Positions 47,634 through 57,073 of a stretch of DNA of 64,000 bases are shown here, piece after piece (position 1 is the first letter of the stretch; the number at the start of each line of letters is the position of its first letter). The stretch is from Clostridiales bacterium (GTDB lineage: Bacteria > Bacillota > Clostridia > Lachnospirales > Lachnospiraceae), in the NCBI GenBank assembly GCA_018372435.1, contig JAHAJA010000003.1, positions 130,585 to 194,584 of the forward strand, given 5' to 3'. The position numbers and the translations under genes were made by a program. The notes under the pieces are model-generated. The model was given only the letters and a program-made list of their open reading frames with translations. It had not been told where the DNA came from and did no database searches.

Positions 47634-49934
47634 ATGAAATGTAACCAATGTGGTGCAGAAGTTACAGAGCACAATAATTTTTGTACACAGTGTGGCAACG
47701 TGATTAATACAAAATCAAGGCTTCAGGAAACGCAGAGTAGCGAAGGGATGAATACTGAACAGCCGAATACTGAACAAGAGAATACTGAACAAGAGAATAC
47801 TGAACAAGAGAATACGAAGAAATTGAACAGTGAGACAATTAAAGAGGATACAATAAAAGGGGAGATTATCAACCAATTAAATATTAATAACAATGTGGAA
47901 GAGAACCGTTATGAGAGCCAATTTGAAGCTGTCGCTACGAATATGGATAAACCTCTTAAGAATAAGAAGCCAATGAATAAGAAACCAATAATTATATCTG
48001 GAATATTGGCAGTACTTTTACTATGCCTAGCCGCGGGAGGAATATTTCTTCAGAATTCGAAGAAAGCGCAAGCATTTGATAAGAAGGTTAAAGCATTCGA
48101 GGAATATTGTAGTACATATCAGTTAGGGGACATGAGTGAAGAATATGCTTCTCTTATGGAAGAAGCAGACATAGCGATTAAGAATAAGGACAAAGAGTCA
48201 TATAAGGGATTGAAAGAATCCTTTGAAGCGTTTAAGAATGATTTGGAGTTATACCAACAACTAGTAGCCGCTTATTCTGGTAAATTAGAGGAATATGAAG
48301 CCTCGTTTGGTAAACTTATGCTTGTTGATGAAGAATATACGACGATGATTGAATTACAAGCCAGCCTTGAAGAAGGTCTACAAGTATGTAGTTTAGAGCA
48401 AATTCAAGAAGCGGTTTCAGAACTTGATGATCTATATATAGGTTGTGTGGATTCTAATGTTCTTATGGTAGAGGAAGCTAAGTCCAGGATTGATAACTTT
48501 GACCGTAATCAACTTATGGCAACTGAAGATAGTATTTTGAGGCAATACGAGTCAAATGCATCTACTTATATGAATGATAATGATTATTTAAAAGCATACG
48601 ATGAATATCAGAATGGTGTTCTATTAATCGAACAGATAGAAAAATCGTGGAACTATCTTTTTAATGTGGAACAAGTGGATGTGTCAGCGTTTCCTACGGT
48701 GAAATTATATGTTAGTGGTTATAATATGCTAACAGGCGATATGGTAAAACTAGCAGCAGATCGAATTGCCATAAAGGAATTGATTGGTGGTACATATGGT
48801 GATGTAACTATTAATAAAGTCGGCCAGCTTGATGAGAAAGAGCAATTGAATACCAGCCTTGTTGCAGATGTGAGTGGTAGTATGTACGAGCAGATGGAAG
48901 TAGTGAAAGAAGCTATGAGAAAATTCGTAGACTGTATACAGTATAGTTCAGGGGATCAGACATCCTTAATTACCTTTGATAATACCGTTAATGTAAATAC
49001 TGCATTTTCTAATAGTAAGAGTCAAATGGTGAAAGAGATTAATACGATGTATGCAGGTAATTCGACTGCTTTGTATGATGCGTTATATGTGGCGATATGC
49101 CAAGTGGCTGAGCAAGAGGGAGCCAAGTGTGTCATTGCATTTACAGATGGATACGATAACGTAAGTGTTAGGACAAGTGATGATGTAATCTCTGTTGCGA
49201 ATAAGTATGGAGTACCAGTCTATATAATTGGAATTGGTTATGATGTTGATGCGAGTGAGTTGAGTACTATAAGTGATGAAACAGGTGGATTTTATCAGAG
49301 TATAGATGATGGGAAAGCCATGGAGGACATCTATAATAAGATTTACAGGGAGAATAAAGAGTTGTATCTAATTGAGTACACATCGAATCAAACTGACACC
49401 GATGCAAACCAAGAATTATATCTAACTTACACCGGAGATGATTGCTATATGAGAAGTACAGCGTCATTCCAACCATCTATAATGCAAATGAAAAATGAGG
49501 ATTATTCTGATTTGATCAGTAATACGAGGTTATCAGATAGTGAAATTGAAGAAGAAGTAGTAAGAATTCGAGAAGTGTATAACAAGATTACTAGTAAGAA
49601 GTCTAAGCACAAATATGATGAAACTAGTATAGCAGATGGTGTAACTTCATATTCAGAGAATGGAGAGGTTCGCCTTATTGTTGTTAAGAAGGGATCAAAC
49701 TATTCAGATTATACAAGATACTATTATTTTGAAGATAGTAAATTAATCTTTGCTTACATTGAAGGTAGTGACTCTCACAGGTTGTATTTCAAAGATGACG
49801 TGTTATTCCGTTGGCGTTACGCATCGGATGCAGTTAAGTTCTCAGAAGCAGAGAATCATGATAATGAGGATTCTGCTGATTTTAGGACATGGGAAACATT
49901 TGCTATAGACGAAGCGTACGCATATTATAGATAG
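47634..49934 (+). CDS. Zinc-ribbon / TM / von Willebrand factor A domain protein
   Basis: N-terminal CxxC...CxxC ribbon (CNQCGAEV...CTQCG), a NTEQE tandem repeat, a TM helix, and a vWA domain with MIDAS-like DVSGSM...T...D motifs. Confidence 0.75.
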   Translation: MKCNQCGAEVTEHNNFCTQCGNVINTKSRLQETQSSEGMNTEQPNTEQENTEQENTEQENTKKLNSETIKEDTIKGEIINQLNINNNVEENRYESQFEAVATNMDKPLKNKKPMNKKPIIISGILAVLLLCLAAGGIFLQNSKKAQAFDKKVKAFEEYCSTYQLGDMSEEYASLMEEADIAIKNKDKESYKGLKESFEAFKNDLELYQQLVAAYSGKLEEYEASFGKLMLVDEEYTTMIELQASLEEGLQVCSLEQIQEAVSELDDLYIGCVDSNVLMVEEAKSRIDNFDRNQLMATEDSILRQYESNASTYMNDNDYLKAYDEYQNGVLLIEQIEKSWNYLFNVEQVDVSAFPTVKLYVSGYNMLTGDMVKLAADRIAIKELIGGTYGDVTINKVGQLDEKEQLNTSLVADVSGSMYEQMEVVKEAMRKFVDCIQYSSGDQTSLITFDNTVNVNTAFSNSKSQMVKEINTMYAGNSTALYDALYVAICQVAEQEGAKCVIAFTDGYDNVSVRTSDDVISVANKYGVPVYIIGIGYDVDASELSTISDETGGFYQSIDDGKAMEDIYNKIYRENKELYLIEYTSNQTDTDANQELYLTYTGDDCYMRSTASFQPSIMQMKNEDYSDLISNTRLSDSEIEEEVVRIREVYNKITSKKSKHKYDETSIADGVTSYSENGEVRLIVVKKGSNYSDYTRYYYFEDSKLIFAYIEGSDSHRLYFKDDVLFRWRYASDAVKFSEAENHDNEDSADFRTWETFAIDEAYAYYR
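47750..47815 (+). repeat. Tandem 15-bp repeat (AATACTGAACAAGAG x ~4) inside the vWA gene
   Basis: It encodes (NTEQE)n directly. Confidence 0.8.
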
Positions 49935-50071
49935 AATCGAAATAAGAAAATTCTTTTGTAATAAGTGGAATAACTTTCATTAAGAAGAAACGGTAAGCCT
50001 TAGTAGAGAGGTTGAGAAGTTTAAGATTGAGTAGATATAAGCTTGAATGAATTTAAGATAGAATAAATACA

Positions 50072-50118
50072 AGAGATGTGCCACTGGCTGAATAATGATT
50101 TCAGCAGTGGCACATCTC
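50072..50118. terminator. Bidirectional terminator between convergent genes
   Basis: 15-bp stem AGAGATGTGCCACTG / CAGTGGCACATCTCT. Confidence 0.75.
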
Positions 50119-50148
50119 TTTATATAGTATAAATTATTTAGTTTTATT

Positions 50149-51558
50149 TTAGAAAATTGCTAGTAAAATGAAATTCAAGATAAACAGACCAGTTACAACC
50201 CAAAGGATAGGGTGAATTTCATTTGCTTTCTTCTTACAGATCTTAACGATACAGTAGAAGATAAAACCAGTTGCAATACCATTAGAGATACTATAGCAAA
50301 GAGCCATAACGATACCTGCAAAGAATGCTGGAATTGCTTCACTAAGGTCTTCCCATTCAATTTCTTTGAAAGCAGATAGCATCATGATACCTACAATAAT
50401 AAGTGCAGGAGCTGTCGCAGCAGATGGAATTGCACTAACAAATGAAGCAAAGAATGCACTGATTGCAAAACAGATTGCAACAACAACACTTGTTAAACCA
50501 GTACGTCCACCGGCACCAATACCAGCAGCACTTTCTACATAAGTTGTAGTGTTTGAAGTACCAATGATTGCACCAATTGAAGTTGCAGTTGCATCAGCGA
50601 ATAAAGCCTTGTCCATCTTAGATTTGAAACCAGCAGTTGTTTCCATTGACTTTTCATCTTCTTCACTGAAGATACCAGTACGACGTCCAGTTCCGATGAA
50701 TGTTCCAATTGTATCGAATGTATCAGACAAACTGAAAGAGAAGATTGTAACTAATACAACTGGAATTTTTGAAGCATCATTGAAGAGAGAAACGAGTCCG
50801 TCCTTCGTAAAGATTGCACCGAATGTTGATGGTAATGCTTCACATGCTTCTTTAAAGTTAATAGAATTACCCATATTAGTAAGTCCCATAGGGATACCGA
50901 TTAATGTTGTTAAGATAATACCGATAAAGATAGCACCTTTTACATTAAGCATAAGTAATACAACAGTTATTACTAAACCAATTACTGCAAGAATAGCAGC
51001 AAGTTCACCAGATGTGAACTTTGATAATGTTGGAACTACTTGTGAACCAGGCATAGAAGCACCAATTCCAACTTCAGCTCCAGTGTCATTAGTAAAGTTT
51101 ATTATGTTAGCATTCTTTAAGCCGATATAAGCGATGAAGATACCGATACCTCCACCAATTGCATTTTGCATGCTTCTTGGGATGGCTTTGATGATGTATT
51201 TACGAATTTTAGTTACTGTGATAATGATATTGATAATACCGCAGATGAATACCATGGATAACGCTTGTTGCCATTTGAATCCCATACCAAAACATACGGT
51301 ATATACAAAGAATGCATTAAGACCCATACCAGGTGCTTGTGCATAAGGTACATTGGCTACTAATCCCATGATTAACGTACCAATGATTGATGAAATAATT
51401 GTTGCTAAGAATACAGCGCCCCACTCCATGCCTGCTTGTGATAACACGTTCGGATTAACAATGATAATGTAAGCCATGGCAAAAAAAGTAGTAAGACCGG
51501 CAATAACTTCAGTTGATAAATTAGTACCGTTCTCCTTGAGTTTGAAAAACCTTTCCAT
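50149..51558 (-). CDS. NCS2-family purine permease (AzgA/PbuG-like guanine-hypoxanthine permease)
   Basis: The N-terminus MERFFKLKENGTNLSTEVIAGLTTFFAMAYIIIVNP is the hallmark of AzgA/PbuG. AAGGAGG RBS. The ORF is open further upstream, but MERFF is the conserved start. Confidence 0.8.
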   Translation of the reverse strand: MERFFKLKENGTNLSTEVIAGLTTFFAMAYIIIVNPNVLSQAGMEWGAVFLATIISSIIGTLIMGLVANVPYAQAPGMGLNAFFVYTVCFGMGFKWQQALSMVFICGIINIIITVTKIRKYIIKAIPRSMQNAIGGGIGIFIAYIGLKNANIINFTNDTGAEVGIGASMPGSQVVPTLSKFTSGELAAILAVIGLVITVVLLMLNVKGAIFIGIILTTLIGIPMGLTNMGNSINFKEACEALPSTFGAIFTKDGLVSLFNDASKIPVVLVTIFSFSLSDTFDTIGTFIGTGRRTGIFSEEDEKSMETTAGFKSKMDKALFADATATSIGAIIGTSNTTTYVESAAGIGAGGRTGLTSVVVAICFAISAFFASFVSAIPSAATAPALIIVGIMMLSAFKEIEWEDLSEAIPAFFAGIVMALCYSISNGIATGFIFYCIVKICKKKANEIHPILWVVTGLFILNFILLAIF

Positions 51559-51654
51559 AATTAACCTCCTTGAAATGTGATCAGCTGCCATTTTACAACT
51601 GATTCTTGTCCCCACTCTCGGTGACTTTTATTTCGTTAATGACAGTGAAAGTAT

Positions 51655-51683
51655 AGCTGATTTTAAGGAATTTTGCAATTAGA
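51655..51683 (-). promoter_or_regulatory. Sigma-A-like promoter for the purine permease gene
   Basis: On the minus strand: TTGCAA, a 17-nt spacer, then TATACT. Confidence 0.45.
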
Positions 51684-51913
51684 ATATTAAAAATTCTTAA
51701 AATTTTCTTAGATATATTAGCCGTACTAATTAATAATATTAGCAGACCGGATAAAAGTGGTAAAATAATCATGGAAAAAACATAAAATGGAAAGAGGAAA
51801 AAGTTGAGAATAAGAAAATAAAATTATTTTTTCTAGAATTATGACAGATTCGTGCTATAATGTTCCATGAATTAGTGTGAAGGATGGGTTATTATTATGG
51901 AGGTTCATACAAG

Positions 51914-53086
51914 ATGGATGAAACTGGATCAAGGAATGAATCAAAATTAAAGAATTATATAGTAAAGTATAAGAAACAAATAATAACGGCGACTGCATTA
52001 TTAATTCTTGTAGTGGCTGTATTTCTCTTTATGAAGAATAATTATTCTCTATATAAGGACACCATCGGAACAGTTGTTAAAGCAAATACGCAGTATACCA
52101 CCGACGAAGAAGGACCTAATAAAGAGGTAGACAAGCAGTATACACAAAAACTTACGATTAAGATACGTAATGGAGAGTATGAAGGTAAGCTTATAGAGAT
52201 AACGAATAGATATTCAGAAACCCAGATGAAGGATACTAGATACTCGGAGGGCGATGATGTATTTATAACTATAGAAGATAAGGACGGTGTGTTGACAGGA
52301 GCCATTAGAGATGTAAAGAGAGATCAATATGTGGTGGTAATGGCACTGATTTTTATTATACTCTTAATCGCCATCTCTGGTAAACAGGGGGTACTGACAA
52401 TTCTGTCCTTGGTAGTAAACATAGGTATCTTTCTACTATTCATGAGAAGGTATATAGAGGGGGAATCCTTTGAAATACTAACGATAGCTATGGTGCTATC
52501 CTTTAGCATTCTAACGTTGTTTATATTAGGCGGTGTCAATAGAAAATCTATTGGAGCGGTTATATCCTCTTTGGTGACGGTAGGTCTTATTACTATAATA
52601 TATCAACTGGTATACCGATTCGTAGAGAAACCGCCATATGAAATGTTAGATTATGTTGTCGGACATGATGACTTTAAAGGGATATTTACTGGCAGTGTTA
52701 TTATAGGAAGTCTTGGAGCGATTATGGATGTAGCGATTACAATGAATTCATCAATATGTGAACTTATTGATACCACTCCTAAGATTACGGTTAAGGATTT
52801 GGTAAGATCGGCTAGAGAGATAGGATATGACATTATGGGTACTATGGTAAATGTATTATTCTTTACCTATATTAGTGGAAGTTTACCGATGACGATACTA
52901 AAGTTTAAGAATGGATATGGCTTGCTTGCTATGATACGTTATAATGTGTTTTTTGAAGCAGCAAGATTTCTACTAGGCTCAATTGGCATCGTGTTGGCGA
53001 TTCCAGTGTCAACAGTGGTTGCTCTATTGATATTTCGTAGGAAGAGAAGACAGGTAGAAAAAAGTTTACCAACTCATGAAAACTAA
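51914..53086 (+). CDS. YibE/F-family membrane protein
   Basis: N-terminal TM helix, a ~100-aa extracytoplasmic domain, then a 6-TM YibE/F core. The start follows a GGAGG RBS. Confidence 0.7.
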   Translation: MDETGSRNESKLKNYIVKYKKQIITATALLILVVAVFLFMKNNYSLYKDTIGTVVKANTQYTTDEEGPNKEVDKQYTQKLTIKIRNGEYEGKLIEITNRYSETQMKDTRYSEGDDVFITIEDKDGVLTGAIRDVKRDQYVVVMALIFIILLIAISGKQGVLTILSLVVNIGIFLLFMRRYIEGESFEILTIAMVLSFSILTLFILGGVNRKSIGAVISSLVTVGLITIIYQLVYRFVEKPPYEMLDYVVGHDDFKGIFTGSVIIGSLGAIMDVAITMNSSICELIDTTPKITVKDLVRSAREIGYDIMGTMVNVLFFTYISGSLPMTILKFKNGYGLLAMIRYNVFFEAARFLLGSIGIVLAIPVSTVVALLIFRRKRRQVEKSLPTHEN

Positions 53087-53103
53087 CAAGGAAGTGAAGA
53101 AAT

Positions 53104-53910
53104 ATGCTCTTGACATTGGGTATTATATTAGTGGTCTTAATGGTGGTTGTAGGTGGTGACCGTGGTGTCGGTTCGGTCTTAGCACTGGTTGCAAATATGG
53201 TTATTATGTTTTTCGCAATTAAGTTGATATCAATGGGAGTAAATCCGTATGTGATAGTACTTTTGGCATCGCTTTTATTCTTATCAGTTACACTTATCTA
53301 TCAGAACGGAACAAATATGAAATCTTTATCGGCTGTTATAGCGGTTATAGTTGTAATGGTTATACTTACTTGCTTCATAGCGGTAGTGGTTAACAAGACA
53401 AGAATCGCGGGTTATAGTGAAGTGGATCGTTATGAAGAGATTACGATGTATGTATCCACCAACATATCGGTGAAGATGGATCAGGTAATGGTTTGTGTAG
53501 TACTATTAGGGTTACTAGGAGCCATTATGGATACCTCCATTGCAATAACAACTGCGGTATATGAAATTCATAGAAATAATTCTCATTTTGATAGAAAACA
53601 GTTGCTACGTTCTGGGCGTAATGTAGGAAAGGACATTATGGGAACTACTGTTAATACGCTGTTACTAGCAACCGTCGGCGAGACTATTATGCTGAATGTT
53701 CTATATCTAAAGTTTCATTACACTTTTGCTAAGTTGCTGAATTCCAAATCATTCTTTCAAGAATTTTGTTTAATCGTATTTTCGAATATCGGTTGTTTAC
53801 TAATTATACCGATTTCGAACCGTGTTATCAGTTATCTCTTGGTTTCAGATCTGAAAGTAGCTGTGTGGCTTCGGCATTACCTTGCGAAGAAGGAAGAAGA
53901 GGAAGGATAA
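53104..53910 (+). CDS. YibE/F-family membrane protein (second paralog)
   Basis: Polytopic protein paired with the upstream gene, as in yibE/yibF loci. Confidence 0.7.
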   Translation: MLLTLGIILVVLMVVVGGDRGVGSVLALVANMVIMFFAIKLISMGVNPYVIVLLASLLFLSVTLIYQNGTNMKSLSAVIAVIVVMVILTCFIAVVVNKTRIAGYSEVDRYEEITMYVSTNISVKMDQVMVCVVLLGLLGAIMDTSIAITTAVYEIHRNNSHFDRKQLLRSGRNVGKDIMGTTVNTLLLATVGETIMLNVLYLKFHYTFAKLLNSKSFFQEFCLIVFSNIGCLLIIPISNRVISYLLVSDLKVAVWLRHYLAKKEEEEG

Positions 53911-54295
53911 AGGTATTGGAATTTCAATTGTTAGAAGGCTTAGTATCTCATTCTATTGAACGGTTAATTACGAAAGAGCGTATGGTTAGTACTGAAGATG
54001 AACTGAGGACAGCAGAGATGTTATAATTCGATTATATTATGAGAATGAAGTAAAAAATAAATTAAGAATAAATTAAGAAGTTTTAGGTGTAGTGAAAGAC
54101 TCAACCAGAAGATGGTCTGTATCTTTCGCTACACCTTTTTGATTATTAGGGATTAAGGATTAAAATATCATAAGAAAAAACAAATACAATTCATATTGAA
54201 TTTTAGTTTGGGGAATACTTAATTACATGACAAAATTTGAAGATTGTCTGATTTAAAAATCTATAGATATCGTGTCTCTTAGGAGGTAATTCAAA

Positions 54296-54754
54296 TTGAA
54301 AAAGTTAGGCAAAAAAATCATTTCTCATGCATTCTTGTGTATTGGTGTTCTGTGTTTTTCAATTGTCTCATATAATGCAGCACGTTATTATATAATGCAA
54401 TACAATGCTTTCCCTGTACTATGTGAAATCACGAAGGTAGTGAATGATAAGAAAGTTGATTTAGCGAAAAATCAAGATTCCAATGGTAGAGTCTATAGTT
54501 ATGGTACTTATGTTAATTATGATTTGAAAGGCGAACAGTATAAAAACGTTCGGGTTGCAGAGCAATGTGGGGAAGTAGGTGACACGATAGAATTATATGC
54601 AAACAAATATGAACCAACAAGACTTCTGTATATAAGTAGTACTAAGAGATTGGTTTTTAAACTTCTTATGGTAGAGGGGATTCTATGTATTGTGATTGAA
54701 ATATATATGAATTACAGAAGGAAGAAAAAAGTTAGGAAAGACAATACAGGGTAA
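54296..54754 (+). CDS. DUF3592-like membrane protein
   Basis: N- and C-terminal TM helices flank a ~90-aa beta-rich domain. Confidence 0.4.
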   Translation: MKKLGKKIISHAFLCIGVLCFSIVSYNAARYYIMQYNAFPVLCEITKVVNDKKVDLAKNQDSNGRVYSYGTYVNYDLKGEQYKNVRVAEQCGEVGDTIELYANKYEPTRLLYISSTKRLVFKLLMVEGILCIVIEIYMNYRRKKKVRKDNTG

Positions 54755-55384
54755 GTGAAACGAGAATGTCATATGTATTAAGATACATGTGGTGTGCAAG
54801 GCTTGCCAATAATTTCTGTGAAAATGTATACATTTATTAAATATTAAAGATAAAAGAAATAGTGAAAAATCAGATGAAAAAGACGGTAACAAATCCGAAG
54901 AATCCACTTACAGATAATACACAATCCGAAGTCGTCTGTCCTTTCATTCATTTTTGGTAACATTTCTTAGATTTCAGCTCATAAAGTTCATCATTCTCAT
55001 ATAGTTTATAATCTTTGCAGTACTGTGAACTTGGGATGAGATCGGGTTTTTATAAAAAATAGAAAAATATGGTTGATTAATGTAAAGAAATGTAATAATA
55101 TTTAATAAGAGGCCAACAGGTATATTCGATAAAGATTTTGACCTTTTCTATTTTTACTAATTCTAAAATTCTAGTGAAACATTATCCACACCACTATATG
55201 CAACATCTATTACAAGAGTAGTAATCTCTTCCATAGCGTTTATTTCTCAGGGGGCTTGTTTAAAATAACTGTCACTGTGAGTATAGCTATCATATGCAAT
55301 CAGAAAAACATATCTTTTAAGTGAGCTTTATAGTCAGGTTGGCGATATATCCATGATTTTCTTTCCTAGATTAAAACAATATTT

Positions 55385-55451
55385 TTGACCGGAGATTTGT
55401 TTTACTCGCAAACTCTCCAGACTTATGAAAGGAGTAATTTATTCGAATGTA
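55385..55451 (+). repeat. Degenerate duplicate of the 5'-leader and start codon of the 55730 gene, ending in an ATG-TAG start-stop
   Basis: ~75-80% identical to 55665..55735 (CGGAGATTTG..TACTCGCAAA.TCT.CA.AC...TGAAAGG.GTA.TT.AT...AATG.AG.A.C). The upstream copy reads ATG TAG. Confidence 0.7.
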
Positions 55452-55729
55452 GGAACTTATAAAATAATATTATAGAAACCTTATGATAAAAGGTTGCGGT
55501 TGCCAGAATGACTATAATAGTGACGAATATACAGAATACATATATAGAATAAAATCAAGCTAGGTAATCTTAAGTTTTATAAGCAGTATAGAATTACTAT
55601 AATTTTCATTAGAACGTCAATTGACGTAATTTTAATGATAATAAGGACAGGTTGAAAAATGATATTTTAATCGGAGATTTGTGATACTCGCAAAGTCTTC
55701 AAACATTTGAAAGGGGAGTATTTATAATA

Positions 55730-57064
55730 ATGAAGAATCTTATGAAACGTGTAGTATTATTAATTTTAGTAATGGTATTAGCAATACCATCTAGTACAAT
55801 GATGGCGGTAAAAGCATCATCTAAGAACATTACAATAGGTGAGTATATTGAGTTATTAATGAAAGCAATGAAAGTTACAATTAATGAAACGGAGAATCAA
55901 ACATACATAACAGCAGCAGTTTCAACAGGAGTATTGAAAACAGTTGATGAGTTTAAGGTTGAGGAAGAGATGACCAGAACTGAGTGTGCTGTACTAACTA
56001 ATAGAGCAGATATTTATGTAAATGGAGTAACATCAGATACTAAAATCTTTGATGAAATCAGAGATCATAAGAGAATCTCAGATTTAAGCAAAATAAGTAA
56101 AGAATATAGAGAAGATGTTGTACAAGCGTTCGGAAAAGGAATAATTGTCGGTTATACAAATGGAAAGTATACACAAGATCGAGCTTTTAAAGGAAGCAAT
56201 AAGATTACATATAGTGGTGCAAAAACGGTTATTAAGAAGATAACAAATAAGAAGTTAAGAAGTATTATGTCACCAGATGGTCAATTGACCAGGACTACTA
56301 ATTTACCTTGTAATGCGAAAGAGTATGAATATATATTGGCTAGTTTTCCTAATAAGTTTTATGAAATGAAATTTCAATTTGAACTTGGAAATAGAAATAC
56401 TAAATATATTGAGTTTAATGATTATTGTATACCAGTTAGAATGAAGAAAATGCCTTTTGTAATATCTGGATACGAAGGAACAGCCAAAGAAACGCAAGAA
56501 ATGATTAATAAATATTTAGATGATTGGGTAGAAAAAATTGAGAAGAATCTTTATTATCGCTTTAATGTTAATTATAAAACTATAAATAGTAAATGGATTA
56601 ATAATTTTAGGAATACGTATTGTGTTTACAAGAATGAGGATTTGAATAATGATACAGAGGATGGAATAAAAAAATATGTAAAGGAAATGAAAAAAAATAA
56701 AGTAATTATCAAAACACAAAAAATTAGTGTAGAGCCATCGACACTTTACTACTCACAAGGAAAAACTTATATAAGATGTTATGTTAAATTTTCGGTTACA
56801 TCAGCAAGTAGTCTTGCAGATACATTAGTATATAACAAAATGTACAAAGCAAACTTTATTGGTTTGCAACTTAATAAATGGCATGAAGGTTATTATGATA
56901 TATCAGTAGGTGTAAATAATGGAAGCAGTTTTGGTGATGATTGGGCGGTATTTGGTGAATTTATTAACGATTATTTCACACAAATGAAAGCTAAAGTTAT
57001 GGTACAGAAATTCAATAAAAAGGGTAATTCGTATTTCCCTAATGGATACTATTATTGGAAGTAG
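55730..57064 (+). CDS. Secreted protein, SLH-like N-terminal region plus an unknown domain
   Basis: Signal peptide. Residues ~30-150 contain SLH-like segments (TRTECAVLTNRADIYV; VQAFGKGIIVGYTNGKY). The C-terminal 290 aa match no family I recognise. Confidence 0.5.
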   Translation: MKNLMKRVVLLILVMVLAIPSSTMMAVKASSKNITIGEYIELLMKAMKVTINETENQTYITAAVSTGVLKTVDEFKVEEEMTRTECAVLTNRADIYVNGVTSDTKIFDEIRDHKRISDLSKISKEYREDVVQAFGKGIIVGYTNGKYTQDRAFKGSNKITYSGAKTVIKKITNKKLRSIMSPDGQLTRTTNLPCNAKEYEYILASFPNKFYEMKFQFELGNRNTKYIEFNDYCIPVRMKKMPFVISGYEGTAKETQEMINKYLDDWVEKIEKNLYYRFNVNYKTINSKWINNFRNTYCVYKNEDLNNDTEDGIKKYVKEMKKNKVIIKTQKISVEPSTLYYSQGKTYIRCYVKFSVTSASSLADTLVYNKMYKANFIGLQLNKWHEGYYDISVGVNNGSSFGDDWAVFGEFINDYFTQMKAKVMVQKFNKKGNSYFPNGYYYWK

Positions 57065-57073
57065 GGTGATTAA

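Noticed and set aside
51559-51700. Possible purine riboswitch upstream of the AzgA/PbuG-like permease on the minus strand
   Set aside because: Reading the minus strand, a good promoter (TTGCAA-17-TATACT) leaves a leader of only ~95 nt. The guanine-aptamer hallmarks (UAUAAU junction, conserved loop-loop sequences, CCGUAAAU) are absent. The pairing AUCAGCU/AGCUGAU that I first took for a P1 stem overlaps the -10 element.
53766-54026. 86-aa ORF overlapping the 3' end of the second YibE/F gene
   Set aside because: It lies in an alternative frame of a well-supported membrane-protein gene, has no RBS, and its sequence is low-complexity R/G/E-rich. I judge it spurious.
54683-54907. 74-aa minus-strand ORF in the long intergenic region
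   Set aside because: It has no RBS, overlaps the end of the upstream DUF3592-like gene, and its composition is typical of AT-rich noncoding DNA translated out of frame.
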